Origin: Octopus vulgaris | Lineage: Eukaryota | DNA length: 64,000 nucleotides | Direction: 5' to 3' | Assembly (NCBI GenBank): GCA_951406725.2 | Contig: OX597821.1 | Span: 55,428,001-55,492,000, forward strand | Shown: positions 25,900-41,298 of the stretch, piece after piece | Layout: each line of letters starts with the position of its first letter | How positions within the stretch are numbered: the first letter of the stretch is position 1 | The notes under the pieces: model-generated | The model's database searches: none | Told to the model about the DNA's origin: nothing | What the model saw: only the letters and a program-made list of their open reading frames with translations | Program-made: the position numbers and the translations under genes

Positions 25900-26690
25900 A
25901 TCTATGTGTTTATATAGTAATTTGTTACGTTCTAAACATCTGAAATACACATCTCTGGAGGAAACTTTTAAAACGCCTGACATCCACCATCTGGAGGAAT
26001 ACCTGGCGTTTGTTGGACCTCTATTCCCGCAGATATCTTAAAGGAAGAGATTTTATCAGTACATAAAAGCGCTCCATCTATATATAATCAATCTAAGGAC
26101 TAAAGAGTATTTATCTCTACACCCACAAATATAAATGCTAATATCATGATCATCTCCAAAGAAAAGGTAATTTTTTTTACAAACGTTACGATATAACCGC
26201 TTTTTCCTTTCGTGGAAAAGTTCTGGCCACCTATATGCTCAAATGACTACTCCACACAATGCTGCAAAACATTACGGCGTAACCAGAATACGCCCTCAAC
26301 AAGAATCGAAGAACAGTCGTTATGTTTTTGTGAGCAGTTATCTTCAAGATTAATGCAGTTAGTAACAGGATTTGTACATTGCATTTAATCATGCATCAGA
26401 GTGTTTCAATACCCTTTGGAAGGAAACTCATATGGCTGCCTACCGAAATTCAGAAATGTCTTAAATCCAAGCCACCTGAAAGATTTCGAAGATCAGCTAA
26501 AGCCAAATCAAAATAGGAGTGATATCACACGCGCGAAGGTGGAAAGCCTTCTGGCCAAATACCAAGCATGTGGGCCTCACTATTATTTTGGACTTAAATC
26601 AAGAGAACGCAATCATCATAGACAAAAGATAAGAGAGAGATACATGGTCAGTGTCATATCAACAGTACTCCGACCACAAAGATAAAATAG
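25900..26690 (+). mobile_element. Penelope-like remnant
   Basis: VFQYP..SYGC..SRERNHHRQKIRERYM resembles the GIY-YIG C-terminus (RE...RKI+E). Confidence 0.45.
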
Positions 26691-27357
26691 AAAAAGACAC
26701 TCTACATGCATAGATAGCTATTTGTGTGTATATGTGCGCATATATGTATGTGTCTGTATAAATATCTGTGTGTGCAGATTTGTATATGTGAGTATAACCC
26801 TCTTCATACGCGTGTGGACCAACATAGTTACAAAACTTCTAGCAGCCTACCTTATCACTGCACTGTATTTAAATGGATAGTAACAAGAACGATTCCAATT
26901 CAAATATCAACTAAAATAAACCCACTAAAAAATCGGTATGACACTAGGAATAGATAACATTCTTCCTATAAAAACAGAAGTCGGTTAAAATAGTTCCCAA
27001 GCGACGATAAAAATACAAACTGCAATTGTGTCACTTGTGTTGGAAATGTCATAAGACAAAAAACACCAACCAGATTTGCGTCCTTCTTCAAGAAATATCA
27101 TAAAAGACATATCCCTACAATCATTAAACGGCACATGATTTTAAATAAGGAAAAATATGGAAAAATTACATTAAAACTTTAAACCGAAATCAGCGAAATC
27201 GTATTCAGTTCTTTTAAATACGACTTCTTATGCTACAAAAAACCCCTTTTATCCCTTAAATCCTTAAAAAATGTTTAGCCCGAAGGCCGCAACCATGCAG
27301 GGGCACCACCGCTGGATAACTCTAATAACTCTAATCCGCATAACTCTAATAGGCATA

Positions 27358-27576
27358 TACAAGGAGGTGATGAAAATTTCTTGGGTTTGGGTAAAAAAAA
27401 ACATAAGAGGATCAGTTAATTATGATATCAATCAACATATTCCCCTCTCAGATTTACACACTTGTTACAACGTCCATTAGTTTCTCTGAGTCCTGTAAAT
27501 GAACGCGGAATGTTGTGCCTCCAGCCAGACCTTTCACGGTACTCTTAAAGCCAGAAACTTTTCAGCACCCTCGCGT
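27358..27576. mobile_element. mariner-derived MITE
   Basis: Imperfect TIRs TACAAGGAGGTGATGAAAATTTCTTGGGTTT / AAAGCCAGAAACTTTTCAGCACCCTCGCGT. Confidence 0.6.
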
Positions 27577-28390
27577 TTAGCAAAACATTTTTGCCGTACA
27601 AAAGATCGAAGCAACATGTGACTCCTTATTTTCCCATGTTCCCTTATCTTTATATAAATTATATATGTGGCAAAACGAAACTTACGAGTACTTATACTAA
27701 TATAATTTCACTTGAAAACGTATCGTTATGTTTTTATTTTTTATAATATAAAGACATAGAATAAATTTATTCTCCACTTGTTTAAATTACACAAAATATA
27801 TACTATTTCTGAATATTTTTCCTATATATGTCTTTGTGTGCCTGTGTTTCTGTGTGAGCTCTTGCGACTGTGTGTATGTGTTTGTGTATGTATAAACATA
27901 CATTTGTATATGTACGCATATGCATATATATAAGTTCATATGTGTATGTGTATACATATCGGTAGTGGTGGATGATCGTACACGCATAACATAATTTACG
28001 ACTTAATTAATGTCTGGTGAAAGTGAATCCTTACAAAAGTCCAAGGTCAGTGCAAGTAATGCAATAATTAACAAATTAAGATGTCACATTCTCTGATCTG
28101 TGCATTCACTCTATAACCCGCAGTGTCTCAGGTAACTTCGTGTGATCTCATCGAAAATTAGGAAAATTTCAGCCGTCTCCACTAGATCACTTGAAGAGAG
28201 TAGATATTATTTCCACATGAAGTCATTGGTTGCCTTGTTAATCTATAAATAAAGAATACTTATCCACGAAATGTTGTGTTAAGCACAATTTTCTCACTGT
28301 TCCATACAATCGTAGCGCTTCAGGTGTTCTGAAATACCAGGCGAGTTCTAGATACGAACATGGAATGAAAACAAACTCTTATGGGAATAA

Positions 28391-31300
28391 TAGTAATAAT
28401 GGAACACCCTCCCACGTGATGAGTGGTATGTGTGGTCATTATAAACACTGTTAGTCAGTGTGTATAAGTAGAGAGTACGAGGTAGAGAGTCATAGATAGT
28501 CGTGGTCGTTCCTGTCTTACTTACCATACTGCTATACCGTAGTAGGCGTGATAACAGTCCGGCATAATGATTACAACGGTGGTGATGAGAAATTAACAAA
28601 CTCACGATGGATCAAGAAACTCACAAGGTTTTTATGAAACTCACAAAAGATTTTTATGTGAATTTTACGCTATGCCGAATCGTAAAATTATGGAAGATTT
28701 GTTGGTCGGTTTGCTCGAGTTACAAAAAGTTCAACAACGATTACTATTACAGCAATAAATGCTGCAATTAATAAATAGAAGGTCATCAGAAAATGCTGGA
28801 AAGATGTTATCGCCAGCTTTTGTTGCAAACTCAATAACAGAGTTTAAGTATTGACCAGACGAAGGTGTTACTTTCGAGGCGTATTATGCAACATACGTAG
28901 ATATCTTCAATAAAGACGATACGAAAACGTGCTTAATCTTAAGAAAAGTGGCCGCAGGAGAACATGAACATTACAGCAATTATGTACCCCGAAAAAACCT
29001 TCTGACATCAAATTTAAAGATATAATAATAGACATATTGCGTAAAATGTTTAGCAAGAAAAGCTCGTTGTTCAATACACGCTGGAAATGTTTAAACCTAG
29101 AAACGAACAACGAGGAAGACTTCGTCACATATGCTGGTAGAGTTAAAATGGAATGTGAAAAGTTCAAACTGGATATGTTAAAGTTCTTGATTTTTACTCG
29201 GGGACTGACCGCCGATAAAGACGCAGAAGTAAGAATTCTTGCTAAGCTGGAACAAGACCAAACTGTAACCTTACCACAAGTGTCAGAAGAATGTGAAAGA
29301 ATTGTAAATTGAAGGCACGACACAGAGAAAATTGAACATGAAGATTACGACAAGTGAAGCAAATGCATTGGAAAACACGAAACAGGCAGAATAGAAATCA
29401 AGTGTGTACTAAAATAAAAGTATAAACAGAACAAAAATCAGGAAACGAACCCATGTTTTGCAAGTTCAGGTCTACACCTGAGAAAAAAACTGCCCATTTA
29501 AGAAAGCGGAATGCTTCCATTGTGGGAAGATTGGATACACAAAAAGTGCACTGTAAAACTAAGATGACAAAACGTTGGAACAAAGAAAGAAGAATAAACA
29601 AGATGCGATCGAAAGAAAATGGTAATATAACTAAGAGGAAATTTGTAAATGTAAAAATTAAAAATATAAAAGTAAAATTGTATTTAGACACTGGAAATGA
29701 TATTGCTATTGGAACTGAAACCTTAGGAGTATATCGGTAAGCTGAAATTAAGTAAATCTACAAAATATAGTACACTGTGTTACGAGTAAAAGATTGTGTT
29801 ATGTAAGTGGATTTGTATGTAATATGACATTTCGTGACGAGATGAAAACGGCAAAGTATATCTGTTAAAAGATTCAGCTAATCTATTCAGCAGAAAGTGG
29901 ATGAAACTATTCAAATCGTGGAATATGCTCATAAGTGTTTTGTGTGGGAATGTAGTCTGTTCAGTCGAAGTTTCGAATGCGGCTAGGGGATTGAAACGAA
30001 AAATAAAACATCTATTCCCAGTTGTTTTCTCGGAGGAACTAGACTGCTGCACGAAAACAAAGGCCAAAATTATAATAAAAAAGAATGCAACAAATTAATT
30101 AAAGCCAAAATGGAATGTACCGATCGTGGCAATAGAACAGGTAAAGAAGGAACTTGAAATACGTGAAACCCTAGGAATAATCGAGAAGACGGAACACTCA
30201 GACTGGGCAGCCCCTACGGTCTACGTAAAAAAGAAGTGTAATAAGTTAAGAGTTCATGCAGATGTTTTAACGAGGTTGAATGATGGTTCGATCCACATAA
30301 ATACCCATTGCCGAGTCTTGACGATGTGTTCACAAAATTGAATGGAGGAAAATTTTTCTTAAATGTTAACCTCTCGGAAGCATATCTACAAATCCGAGTA
30401 GAAGAAGAATGCTCACACTTATTAACCATTAATGCACATCGTGGCTTATTTAAATTTAAGCGGCTTTCCTTTGGTGTAAAAGTGGCTCCTTCCATACCTC
30501 AGCAAATAATGGATAAAATGCTGAGTGACATTGATTTTGGTACCGCCTACTTAGACGATATACCAATAAAAAGCTAATAACATGAACAATATGTAGACCA
30601 TGTTAAAAGGCTATTCAAAAAGATTAGAGATTACGGCTTCAAGTTAACGGGAGGAAATGAAAGTTTGTTTGTGAATAATTTAAATACTTGGGTCAGATAA
30701 TGCATAAAAACTGACAGAAATCGGATTCATCCAGAGCAACGGCAAGAAAAAATATGCTCACGCCGAATAATGTGATTATGCTGCAAGCATGTTAGGGGTT
30801 TACTAAATTGCTATCAAATTTACATTTCCAATATATATAATGTAAGGGCTCCACTAAATGATTTGGTAAAGGAAAATACAAAATGGTGCTGGGCTGATTA
30901 GTGCCGGAAGCCATTTGACAAATCAAAAAGCATTTTAACGCATTTTGATTGAAAGTTGGATATTATATTCGCTACAAATGTGAGTGATTACGTGGTAGGA
31001 GCAGTGCTACTGCACAAATAGGACGATGGGTGTAAAACGGCCATGCGTCACGATCATTATTACCTGCTGAAAGGAACTATAGTCAAATAGAAAAGGAAGA
31101 GTGAGCAATCATGTTCGCTGTAGAACATGCAACTATGGCGCCATGCCATCCCAGAAGTAGCGGACAGACAGAACGATTTGTCGATAAGTTTAAGAGAGCC
31201 CCAAGAAAGTCGAAGAAGTCACGGATGAGGTAGCTCTACAACAATTCTTAAGAGTATACTGTGTGACACCAAATCCAAATACACCAGCAGGCACGTCACC

Positions 31301-31880
31301 AGCGGAGCTATTGTTTGCGAGGAAAATAAAAATCAGTCTTCGACAAATTGATGCTTGGCAAAAAGAAGAAAACTTGCAATGGAAAATACAGAAAAACATT
31401 TCAGGATTGGTGAAAAGGTATTTGTTAAAAAATATAAGAACAGAAAAAAAAAGAGTTGAGAAAATGGTGCAATTACCAAACGCATACGAAAAATGCTATA
31501 CTTAGTAGAAGAAAGAAAAGGGTTGTACTAGAACCACATGAACCAACAGAAAAAACAAACAGATTCGTTGAGAGCGAAACTAAGAGAGAAAGAACCAATG
31601 GAACAGTCCGACACAAGGACTACAACACAAACCATGGAAAAACACGAAGTGAATATATCAATGAAAAGCATTCCTATTACAGGGAGGAGCGTCAACATCA
31701 AGCATCTCATTAATAATGGAAACGACTGAAAATATCTTCAAGGAAAAATACACGCGGTATTTTATTTAAAGACTATAAAAAGAGACATAGAACACGTTTA
31801 TCCATTATTTTATTAAAGAGTGGACGGTGGACAAACCCTATATAAACCTCCTTATATTTAGAGGAAGTTGTAAATATTCT
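28391..31880 (+). mobile_element. Ty3/Gypsy (Mag-like) LTR retrotransposon remnant
   Basis: PBS-like TGGTGATGAG at 28580; gag SLFNTRWKCL; protease LYLDTG; RT WAAP..LSEAYLQI..YLDD; RNase H HASRSL..NYSQIEKE; integrase HPRSSGQTERFV..TPN..SPAELLF. Many stops and an internal deletion; 3' LTR not recognisable. Confidence 0.9.
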
Positions 31881-32704
31881 TGAGAACATTCCAATTCATG
31901 GACTAATTTTGAGTTCGAAACCTGTGAAATCACAAACCTTATAATATGCAAATACTCAAACAACAACTAAATACATATGTATACACACGCGCACAGACAC
32001 ACGCATATATATACTGATATATAGATATAATTATAGTCAAGGGTGTGGATAAGCCACACCAACTTGCTAGAAGTAGATGTTAATAGCTCTATAAACCACA
32101 TATCATTTTACTCCGTTAGCACAGGTTGAAAGAGGGCTAACGAATAAATCAGATTTTTTTAATAAAAAAAAGGTTTCCTCATAATTCGAAGGCAAGTTCC
32201 ACCTGGTGTCATCAGTATGAGATGCCCAAGGAATATAAATGCAAATATTTATACATATGAACAATATATATCAACATGAATATATACATACATCCGTATA
32301 CTCTATTTAAATCTAATTCATTCACTACAAACCACTTGCTTTTACGATCAAAATAATACCGCAGTAAATATGAATTGCTCAGCAATAATAATGCATATTT
32401 ATACATACATACATACATACATAGATACATAGATACATAGATGCATACATATACATATACATATACATACATATATACATATATACATACATACATATAT
32501 ATATATTGAAGAGTAAGGGCGAGATCCAGGGCTTTAAGTGTAACAAGTTTGTAAACTTCAAGCCGCTTGTAGTTACAGAAAAAATTGGCGCTTGAATTTT
32601 CCGATTTAACTCATCGCACACATTTCAGTTGAAAGGAATAGTGAACCCGGAAGAACTGGATAAGAAACAAATGTTTAAAGAAAGAAATTACCTTAATTTT
32701 AATA

Positions 32705-32960
32705 TCAGTCTTTGGTTTGTGTTGCAAAATGTGTATGTGTGTTGGTTGTATCGTGTGTTGGATTAGTTTGCTGTAGATCCTATGTATGTAAAAATAGAAC
32801 TTGGTGTTATGTTTGTCGTTTCTCTTGCGCTATATATAAGATATTTCTTGATACACAGATTCCTTCTATGGGCAGGTTAAAGGTGTTTGAGAATTGGAAC
32901 TGTCATTGTCTGCGTGGTTTCAGGTTTCCAATTTTTGACAGTCTTTGGTGGATGTAGTTG
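32705..32960 (-). mobile_element. Penelope-like GIY-YIG remnant
   Basis: CPIEGICVSRNILYIA..TYIGSTAN..TRYNQHTYTF. Confidence 0.7.
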
Positions 32961-33537
32961 TCTACAGATTTTTCAAATTTGTTGGTAGTGGATGGATTTT
33001 AGTTGTGTCTCTACCGTGTTTGAGAAGCCCAAGATTTTCAAGAAGTAATGTAAAGCTTAAATACCTATATTCGAATATAAAATAAAAATTTAAATACATA
33101 TATTTTAAAGTTAAACATAAATGCATCGCCTAATGTTGGCTATCTTCGGATCGATGTTTGAAATCTGACCTGTTTATAATTTTACCTGATTGTATTTTAT
33201 GACGCAATCTATAATGAATGCTTTAAATAAATAAAGTTCTACTGTACCAAATACCATACATATTAAACACCAAATACCCACCCTTGAGTCGGGTCTGGGG
33301 TTTAAAATGGATTTGGTACTTACATATCTACACTATCCTACTAACACTTGATGTCTCCCGTGTTGTTTATTTCACCGTGAGCTCTATGTTATTGTTCATT
33401 TCTGGCATCCTACGAATTGGTATGACTTGATTTTTATGACCCTAGTAACAGAATAATATAGATATGTGTGCATGTAGGTGAGTGTGTGTGTGTATGTGTG
33501 TGTGAGAGTTTGTGTACGTGTGTCTGCACACGCGCGT

Positions 33538-33658
33538 GGATAAATAAAAAAATAAATAAATAAATAGGTAAATAGAGAATAGATAGACAGACTAATAAAT
33601 AGATAGGCAGACAGACAGGCAAACAGACAAACAAACAGACAGGCAGACAGATAGATAA

Positions 33659-33735
<77 letters not shown>
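33538..33735 (+). repeat. (TAAA)/(CAGA)/(TAGA)n tetranucleotide array
   Basis: Directly visible. Confidence 0.95.
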
Positions 33736-34590
33736 AAATGGAATGAACTGTTGCTTTTGCTTGACCTCACCTTGTTCGTTTCTGTATCCGCTAGTAATAT
33801 AGATTTAAAACTACCTATTTGTGTTCATCCTGTCTAAAAATCCAATAAGATAGATTTTATATTCCCCATAAAAACACATTTTAACTACAATTATACTACA
33901 AATGCTAGACCTCACCCATAAGATGAACGAAAACAAATGAAGTGGGACTAAGAGTTAAACATTTCCACTCTACCGAAACCAACAACGGCGAAATTTGGCA
34001 ATAAATGTCAAAATTTACTTTTAATATACATAGATTTATACATACATACATACAAAAGTATATGTACGTATAAATGTATATGTAGCAGTCCATGTAACTG
34101 AATAGTTGAATGATCTCTTTTACAAGAAGGTTTATAGAGTAAGCTCCCATTACTTAGTTTCTCGAAGCACCTGTATCACGAGACGTGATTCTTAATTATT
34201 CAAGAAGCTTAGCGTTTCTCTTGGAAGTTTCTAGAATGTTTAGCGTTTCATTAACAAAAACAGCTTGCTAACCATGCTCTTCGCTTCGTCTCACTAGATT
34301 TAGAGCCGATTACGTCATTGCTCTGTCTGTCTATTTCTCTACGCCACATGACTGAAAGCTGTTAATTCTACATTTTCTATCTCTGAACATTCCTGCATAG
34401 ATTACTTCATTGAATAGATTCTACATTTTTATTACGCATCATCATCGACTAGTAAAAAACATATATTCTTATGTAGCAAATATTTAGTTCCTGAATTTAT
34501 TCTTCATCTCTATATGAACTTACGTAATAATATACATGCAGCCGTATGAACACCTGGAACTGAATATATATTCCCACTACATATATATAA

Positions 34591-34698
<108 letters not shown>

Positions 34699-35646
34699 TT
34701 AGAGACAAATCATTTAATAATTGTTACATATTTAAATAATATAAATTAATTTATGTATTGGCTTAAGTCTTTCATTGTTGGATTTGCCTAATAGTGGTTT
34801 TGTCTCTAATTTAATATAATATAATATTTTACTATAAAATTGGATTCAATCCTAAATCTGATTTTTCCCTGTAAGTTTGGATTTATTCCCTAATATTTAT
34901 TATTATTATATATATATATATATATATATGCATTTATATATACATACATACTTACATAGATACATGCATATATACGTAACGCTAATTGATGAGATAAGAA
35001 ATCATTATTCTCAAACAATTCTATAAAATGCGCTCCCTTAGGTGATTGTTTAAATAAGACCTTCGTTAGATCAGTGTAAGAATGTGAGAGGTAGAGCTAA
35101 TTTTTTCTCCCTTCCATAGGGTGTTTATAACTTCCTTTACAACAATGTTGACAAGGAGACATGTATCGGAAGTATTCCGACACTTAATTTTATAAGAACG
35201 TAGCGGTTTGGCAAATGAACTTGATAAAATAATTATTAGACTTTAAAATACGTACTTAGGTTGTAGTTCTTTAAATTTCAAATCACCTTACATGCATAAA
35301 TGAATGGACAAATTGTGACCTAAAAGCGGTTTTAAAAGACGTTCTAACAGGAGTTGGTTATCCCTCATATAACATCATAAAATACAATTATATAGGATTT
35401 ACAAGAATTGAATAAAGTGAAGTTTTTAATAGATTGATTCTTCCTTACTGTATATTAACTGACTGTAGTGGAATCAGTGAATAACTAGCAACAAGGTCGT
35501 TGTTTAAGTAGTAATGAAATTTTCCATTCATGAAAGATATTTTTCAGTAAACCCTCTAGTAGAATATATTTTACTGATGAAAAAAGTACTCAGCAAGCTC
35601 GCTAAGGTCTTGTATTTAGTACCTTTCATCATGGTTGTGTGTGTAT

Positions 35647-35679
<33 letters not shown>

Positions 35680-37773
35680 CAATATTGATAACGAAACACG
35701 ACAATAAATTCTTCAAATAAAGCAACTCAAAAATATTCAAAGCATGATTACCTTTACAAATCAATTTAGACGTTTATTGATCAAAATAATGTGCTTACTA
35801 TACAAGGCGTCTCTAAAATTTTTTGAACTGAATGATTGGCTCTTCGCGAACTACAACTTTAAATTGGAAAACCTTCAATGCTTCCAAGAAATGTAGTTCA
35901 ACCGAAGCTCAGCAGTGGTAGCAGTTTGATAATAAAGGCATTACATCCTTATTTAACTGAGGAAAAGTGTTCAAACTGCTTAAAACAAGAGCGAATATAG
36001 GCTAATTCTAAGTACTTCAGCGACACCACTTCGGTTTAAGTGCTTTCAATTTCCAATAAAATTAACCTTTTTGTTATGTCTATCAACAAATCAGAAACAA
36101 GCACTGAAAGCTGTTGGACTACACTTATCAGAAGACTGCGCCTTTCATGGTTACAACTGTGTGACAGCCGCTCTATTTTACATTCCCCATAAGCACGCTT
36201 TTTAACCACAGCTATACTACAATTACTGAACCTCGCCCATAAAATGAACGAAAATAAATGAAGTAGGACAAAGAGTTAAACATTTTCACTTTAAAGAAAC
36301 CAACAACGGCGAAATTTGGTAATAAATGTCAAAATTTACTTTTAATATAGATATACATTTATACATACATACACACATACAAAAGTATGTACGTATAAAT
36401 GTGTATTTACATACATACATGCTTACATACATAATACATACATACATGCATACATACATAATACATACATACATACATGTTTGCATGCATCCATACATAT
36501 ATATACGCACACCCATACACACATCTATAAGCCTGAACAAAAGTAGCAAAAATCATAGTACACAAATTCAAAAATACTATGCTTATATTCAGCAAAAGCA
36601 CCAGCCTTCCATATGTTCAAATGATTGTTCAAAATGTATTGATTCTGCTATTGTATGAGAAGCATGTAATATTTTGTTTACCGAATAGAAAATTTTGAGC
36701 CATAAATTACCTGTCAGGTTTGCAAATCCATCATGATTTAAACAGTTAATTCTTAGGAGTTGAGGGTGTTGACGAGATGGACTGACTTTCTATACATTCC
36801 ACGAAAAATATATTAGAAATGGCGAAATTAGATTTTTGCTTTCATTCTCAAACTATTCTTATGTATCCTGTGCAAGTTTTCCTTGCTGTTGTTAAGAAAA
36901 TGTGAGGCTTGCACTATCGTGCAGGAAATTGCATTGTGTGCGGTTAAAAGTAAAAGTCCTAATTGCACCAGAACTGTGAATTACAACCTGAGAACATAAT
37001 TCGAGATTAACGACATCTATTTGTACAATTTCACGAGCGTTATTGACCTCGTAAAAGATTAGTGTGCCATTTGATGGTAGCGACCATATCAGAATTAGCT
37101 TTATCTAATTAAGTAATCATTAAGCCGAGAATAATTATAAAAGAACGCCTATGTTTTATAACTGAATTGATCTAAACGAAAACAATTTTTTAAAATATTC
37201 ATATGAATGAGAGGAGAAACGAAGTTAATTTAAATCCTTCGGGATATATAACTATGATATTTTATTGATATGCAACTGAAAAGAACCACACTGATAATAT
37301 GTCTAAGGATGCTTGTAATATTAGCAGGCTGAATGAACACTTTCTTTAGCCTTGATTGACATGGGCAACAAAAAGTATGTTGATAAAGCATGTATTCTGC
37401 CTGCTGCCAAAGGGCATATCAATATGTCACTTTCTGCAGGTGTCGTTGAAATGAAATTGGGTTGTGTAGTCCATACGTCTGCATATTATACCATACACTT
37501 TGAGCAGTATACAAGTTAATAGACTGATATTTCTCGAATGTTCATCTATCTATAAACGTTGTTTCGTTCTAAATTTGATTGGTTATTCGAATTGAATTCA
37601 AGAGTAATTTTGCAACACTACCATATAACACTTATGACAGAGTGAAAATATACATAAAAGTCATGTCCTTATATCTATCTATCAATCTATCTACCTCTGA
37701 TTCTGTATATATATATATATATATATCGTACTCAGTCTCTGTATACTTATCTATATATCTATATCAACCATAA

Positions 37774-38530
37774 CTCATATGACCAACCTTAAAACAATGT
37801 TTAACACTCGAATTATACTACCAACCAATAGAGCAATAATTACAATATCCATGATAACCATCCAACAAATAACACCAGCATGAGAACACCTGCAAATAGT
37901 GATAATAAAACGATAATATTGAAAACCAAAGATACCAAATAGAACCAGTCCCCACAGCTCGATGTACACAAGGCAACAAAATCAAACAGTTATGCTTAAG
38001 CAGAGATAGATCCAATTGTCCTTTGGATAACCAATTTATGACTAAGAACGTGGTATACAAGTGCACCATAAACACTAGAGGAGGTCCATACGTATATATC
38101 AGAATATCGGCCGAATTTTCAAAAATTGATACCGCAACCGCATGGCCAGCTTTCGAAATATCCATGAACAACATGTAACATCGCTGGCCGATTTTATCTG
38201 GACGCTTAAGGAAGCGAAGACAAAATACAAACTTACACGGTCCATACGTAGACATGCGTGTCCCTACAGCAGTATATCCCGGAAATACCAGTTATGCTCC
38301 GAGGAGTCACTCTCAATAATGTTAACAAAGCACCGCATTATAAATAAATTCGTTGAACAATTTCTCAGATGTCATCACACAGCTAAACACACATTCACAT
38401 ATTATAATCCCGATCATACATAACTTGATGGCGCCCACATCTCTGAATATACCTGAACTTGAGGAGCTATCTTCAAATAACTTGTATTTCACATATGATC
38501 TCGCAATGTAGATCCATATATGTATATGTA

Positions 38531-38594
<64 letters not shown>

Positions 38595-39030
38595 TGTATA
38601 TATATGTGTGTGTGTATGTGTGTATATATCTAAATTTGTGTGTATGCGCGTGTGTGTGAGTGCGTATATATATATATGTATATATGTATATATATATGCG
38701 TCTAAGCACGAACGCAAAAAGAATTTTCTTTTAAGTTTTATCTTCCTTTCAACTTCTATTTCCTTTTCTTTCTCTTAAGAGTTACAACAGCTAAAGCTGA
38801 TTACATCATGTTCTCTAAACTAGAATGTATACTTTCCACTTTCATATATGAATTTTATGTGTTTCTATAATTTTTCTCTTATTTTCCTCATTCACAAATT
38901 TGATGGACATATAGCGGTACGTAAGCCGACTCAAGAAATCTCTAGTGAGCACGTTTTATCGATATACCTGAAGAGACCCAGAACAAGTCGAAACATGTGT
39001 TGTACCAAATAAAGTCTAATAAACATTCTA
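37774..39030 (+). mobile_element. Penelope-like element 3' part (GIY-YIG endonuclease plus terminal repeat region)
   Basis: NCPLDNQFMTKNVVYKC..VYI..HMASFR..TSLADFIWTLK..CPYS..LCSEE..RCHH; hammerhead motif downstream. Confidence 0.85.
38965..39004 (+). ncRNA. Minimal type I hammerhead ribozyme motif
   Basis: UAC-CUGAAGA-GAC(CCAGAACAA)GUC-GAAA-C(AUGU)G-UU-GUA: complete core, all three stems pair, palindromic ACAUGU at stem III. Confidence 0.65.
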
Positions 39031-39245
39031 TCTCCTATTTTATTAATACTGTTACCCAAACCACCACTACGAAGTCCCTGCAGTAAATCTACGGATAACA
39101 ACATGTAATCGAAACGGAACAGTTCTTTTCTCATTATCCATTTATAAATGTTGTACAATTTCTCCATTATACACACACACACACATATATATACACATAT
39201 GTATATATATATGTGTGTGTATGTGTGTGTGTGTGTGGGTGGTGT

Positions 39246-39290
<45 letters not shown>

Positions 39291-39944
39291 GATAGATAGG
39301 TAGATAGATAGATAGATAAATAAATAAATGGTGTAAAACAATGCAGTTTTCTCATCAGGGAAAGAAAGAAACCAAACACATCAACAAGGCATTTTAATAG
39401 AATTTGATGACCGTTAGTAGAATTCTACCATTCTATAAAATTTGACCTTTGTCTTCTTACATTGCACTTCCACTAAATATATCTACTTCCATGACTTTAA
39501 GCCTTATTCTAATTCACCTATCGCTCTATATCTCTCCAATATTAGTTTTCTGCTAATTACTAACGGTTAAAAAAAACTCGATAGCGTTACCTTCATCATA
39601 TATGCAGTCATCATATTCTGTTAAAATGTCTTATTGATGTGTTTGGTTTCTTTCATTCCCTGATGAGAAGATTGCATTGTTTTACACCATTTTATTCCTT
39701 CTAGAATAATACGAATGTTGTCTTCGAAAAATAAGTCGGAAGTTAAAGAATTTGAATAACACCTGCGTTTAACTCCATTTATTTCATATATCTATATGAT
39801 ACAAAACATTTCACCTAAACCTGGAGTTTCTACCTTTATAAATAGGCTGTTGCGCCCTTGTTACTTGTGTAAATTTTTGCTACCCTGGTAACTGTTTATT
39901 TATTTTTTCTGTTTTATTTGTAAACACCAAAATACACACATATG

Positions 39945-39986
<42 letters not shown>

Positions 39987-40549
39987 ATGTATGTATATAT
40001 GTGTGTGTGTGTTTGTATATATGTATGTATATGTGTCTGTGTGAATGTCAGTGTGTGCGTGTGTGTGCATTTGTGTCTATATCTATGTATTTTGTAGCAC
40101 ATAATTCCTCCATGAGTAAATGTAAATTATAGTTGCTTCTGTAAACAGACTAAAACTTATTCATATGAGATAGGGGTGTCCATATGTATACATACATAAA
40201 TTGCATGCAGACTGACACAAGAACGCAAACACACAATTAGTGTCAGACGAAGATAACAAACAAACATTTTAAATATGATAAAAATTATTGGCACGCATTC
40301 ATATACAGACGCGTCGCATACAAATCTTCACCTGTTCGGTCACATACGCACATGCATACACAAACATAGTTAAACAAACAAACCCACAATAGAAAGCAAA
40401 CTGTTATTTAAGCATGCACACCAGTATTCTCTTATATCTTTTTAGATATATTTGAACCGGTCAGCATTATGCACACAAATAATAACTAGCAGACACTCCT
40501 GTATATATTTATCGACGTTATATAACCACAATGGTGACAGTATAAACTA

Positions 40550-40905
40550 TGTTATATACTGAATATGAAGGATGATGGTAACATCTCAGACATCCCTTCC
40601 CGGGGCAACAACTATTCACAAATACTTTATATTAGTATATTTAAAGAAGAAATGATATACGTGATGTTTCAGTTTTTATCTTTCTACTCATAATATTTCA
40701 TCATGCTTCGCAGTATTTGCTCATCAGCAAATGTATTTGGCTATCTGTAAATACCATACCTCGTATAAAGAGGCATGCTTCTCAACTGATGTCAACAAAT
40801 ATACTTTTATTCATGAATCTAGATAGTTTAGTAACAAAAGAATATTTATTGATTACAGCTAGCTTCCAGTTTCCCTTATTATTCTACAGCCCGTGTATAA
40901 ACATT
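40550..40905 (-). mobile_element. Penelope-like GIY-YIG remnant
   Basis: Minus YTGC..GNWKLAVINKYSFVTKLSRF resembles YIG..WK.R..NHK.SF..T.LS. Confidence 0.45.
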
Positions 40906-40946
40906 TCTGTCATTAACAATAACGTTGTTGTTGGCGTTTTTGCTTT

Positions 40947-40999
<53 letters not shown>

Positions 41000-41298
41000 G
41001 AACTGCTATTACTACTATTAAAATTACTAATAATAATGTCCGTCCAGACATCTCATGTTAGTATGAAGAATAAAACCTAACACTGCACGAAATTGCAAGG
41101 AAAGGAAATCTAATAACAACACTGAATGCAACAGCGAACGTTAGAAAAGAAGTTGATAGTCATGCTACTTGGAGCAAAACTAAGTAGAATTTATATTTAA
41201 TTTATGTCTTTCTTTTTTTATTATATATATAGTTTAGTTATACACATATAGTGTGCAATTACATATAACAATATGCGGTCGAGACACATAGAACCAAT

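Noticed and set aside
31868-31940. 3' LTR of the Gypsy element
   Set aside because: A PPT-like purine run precedes TGTA, but similarity to the putative 5' LTR is too weak to call.
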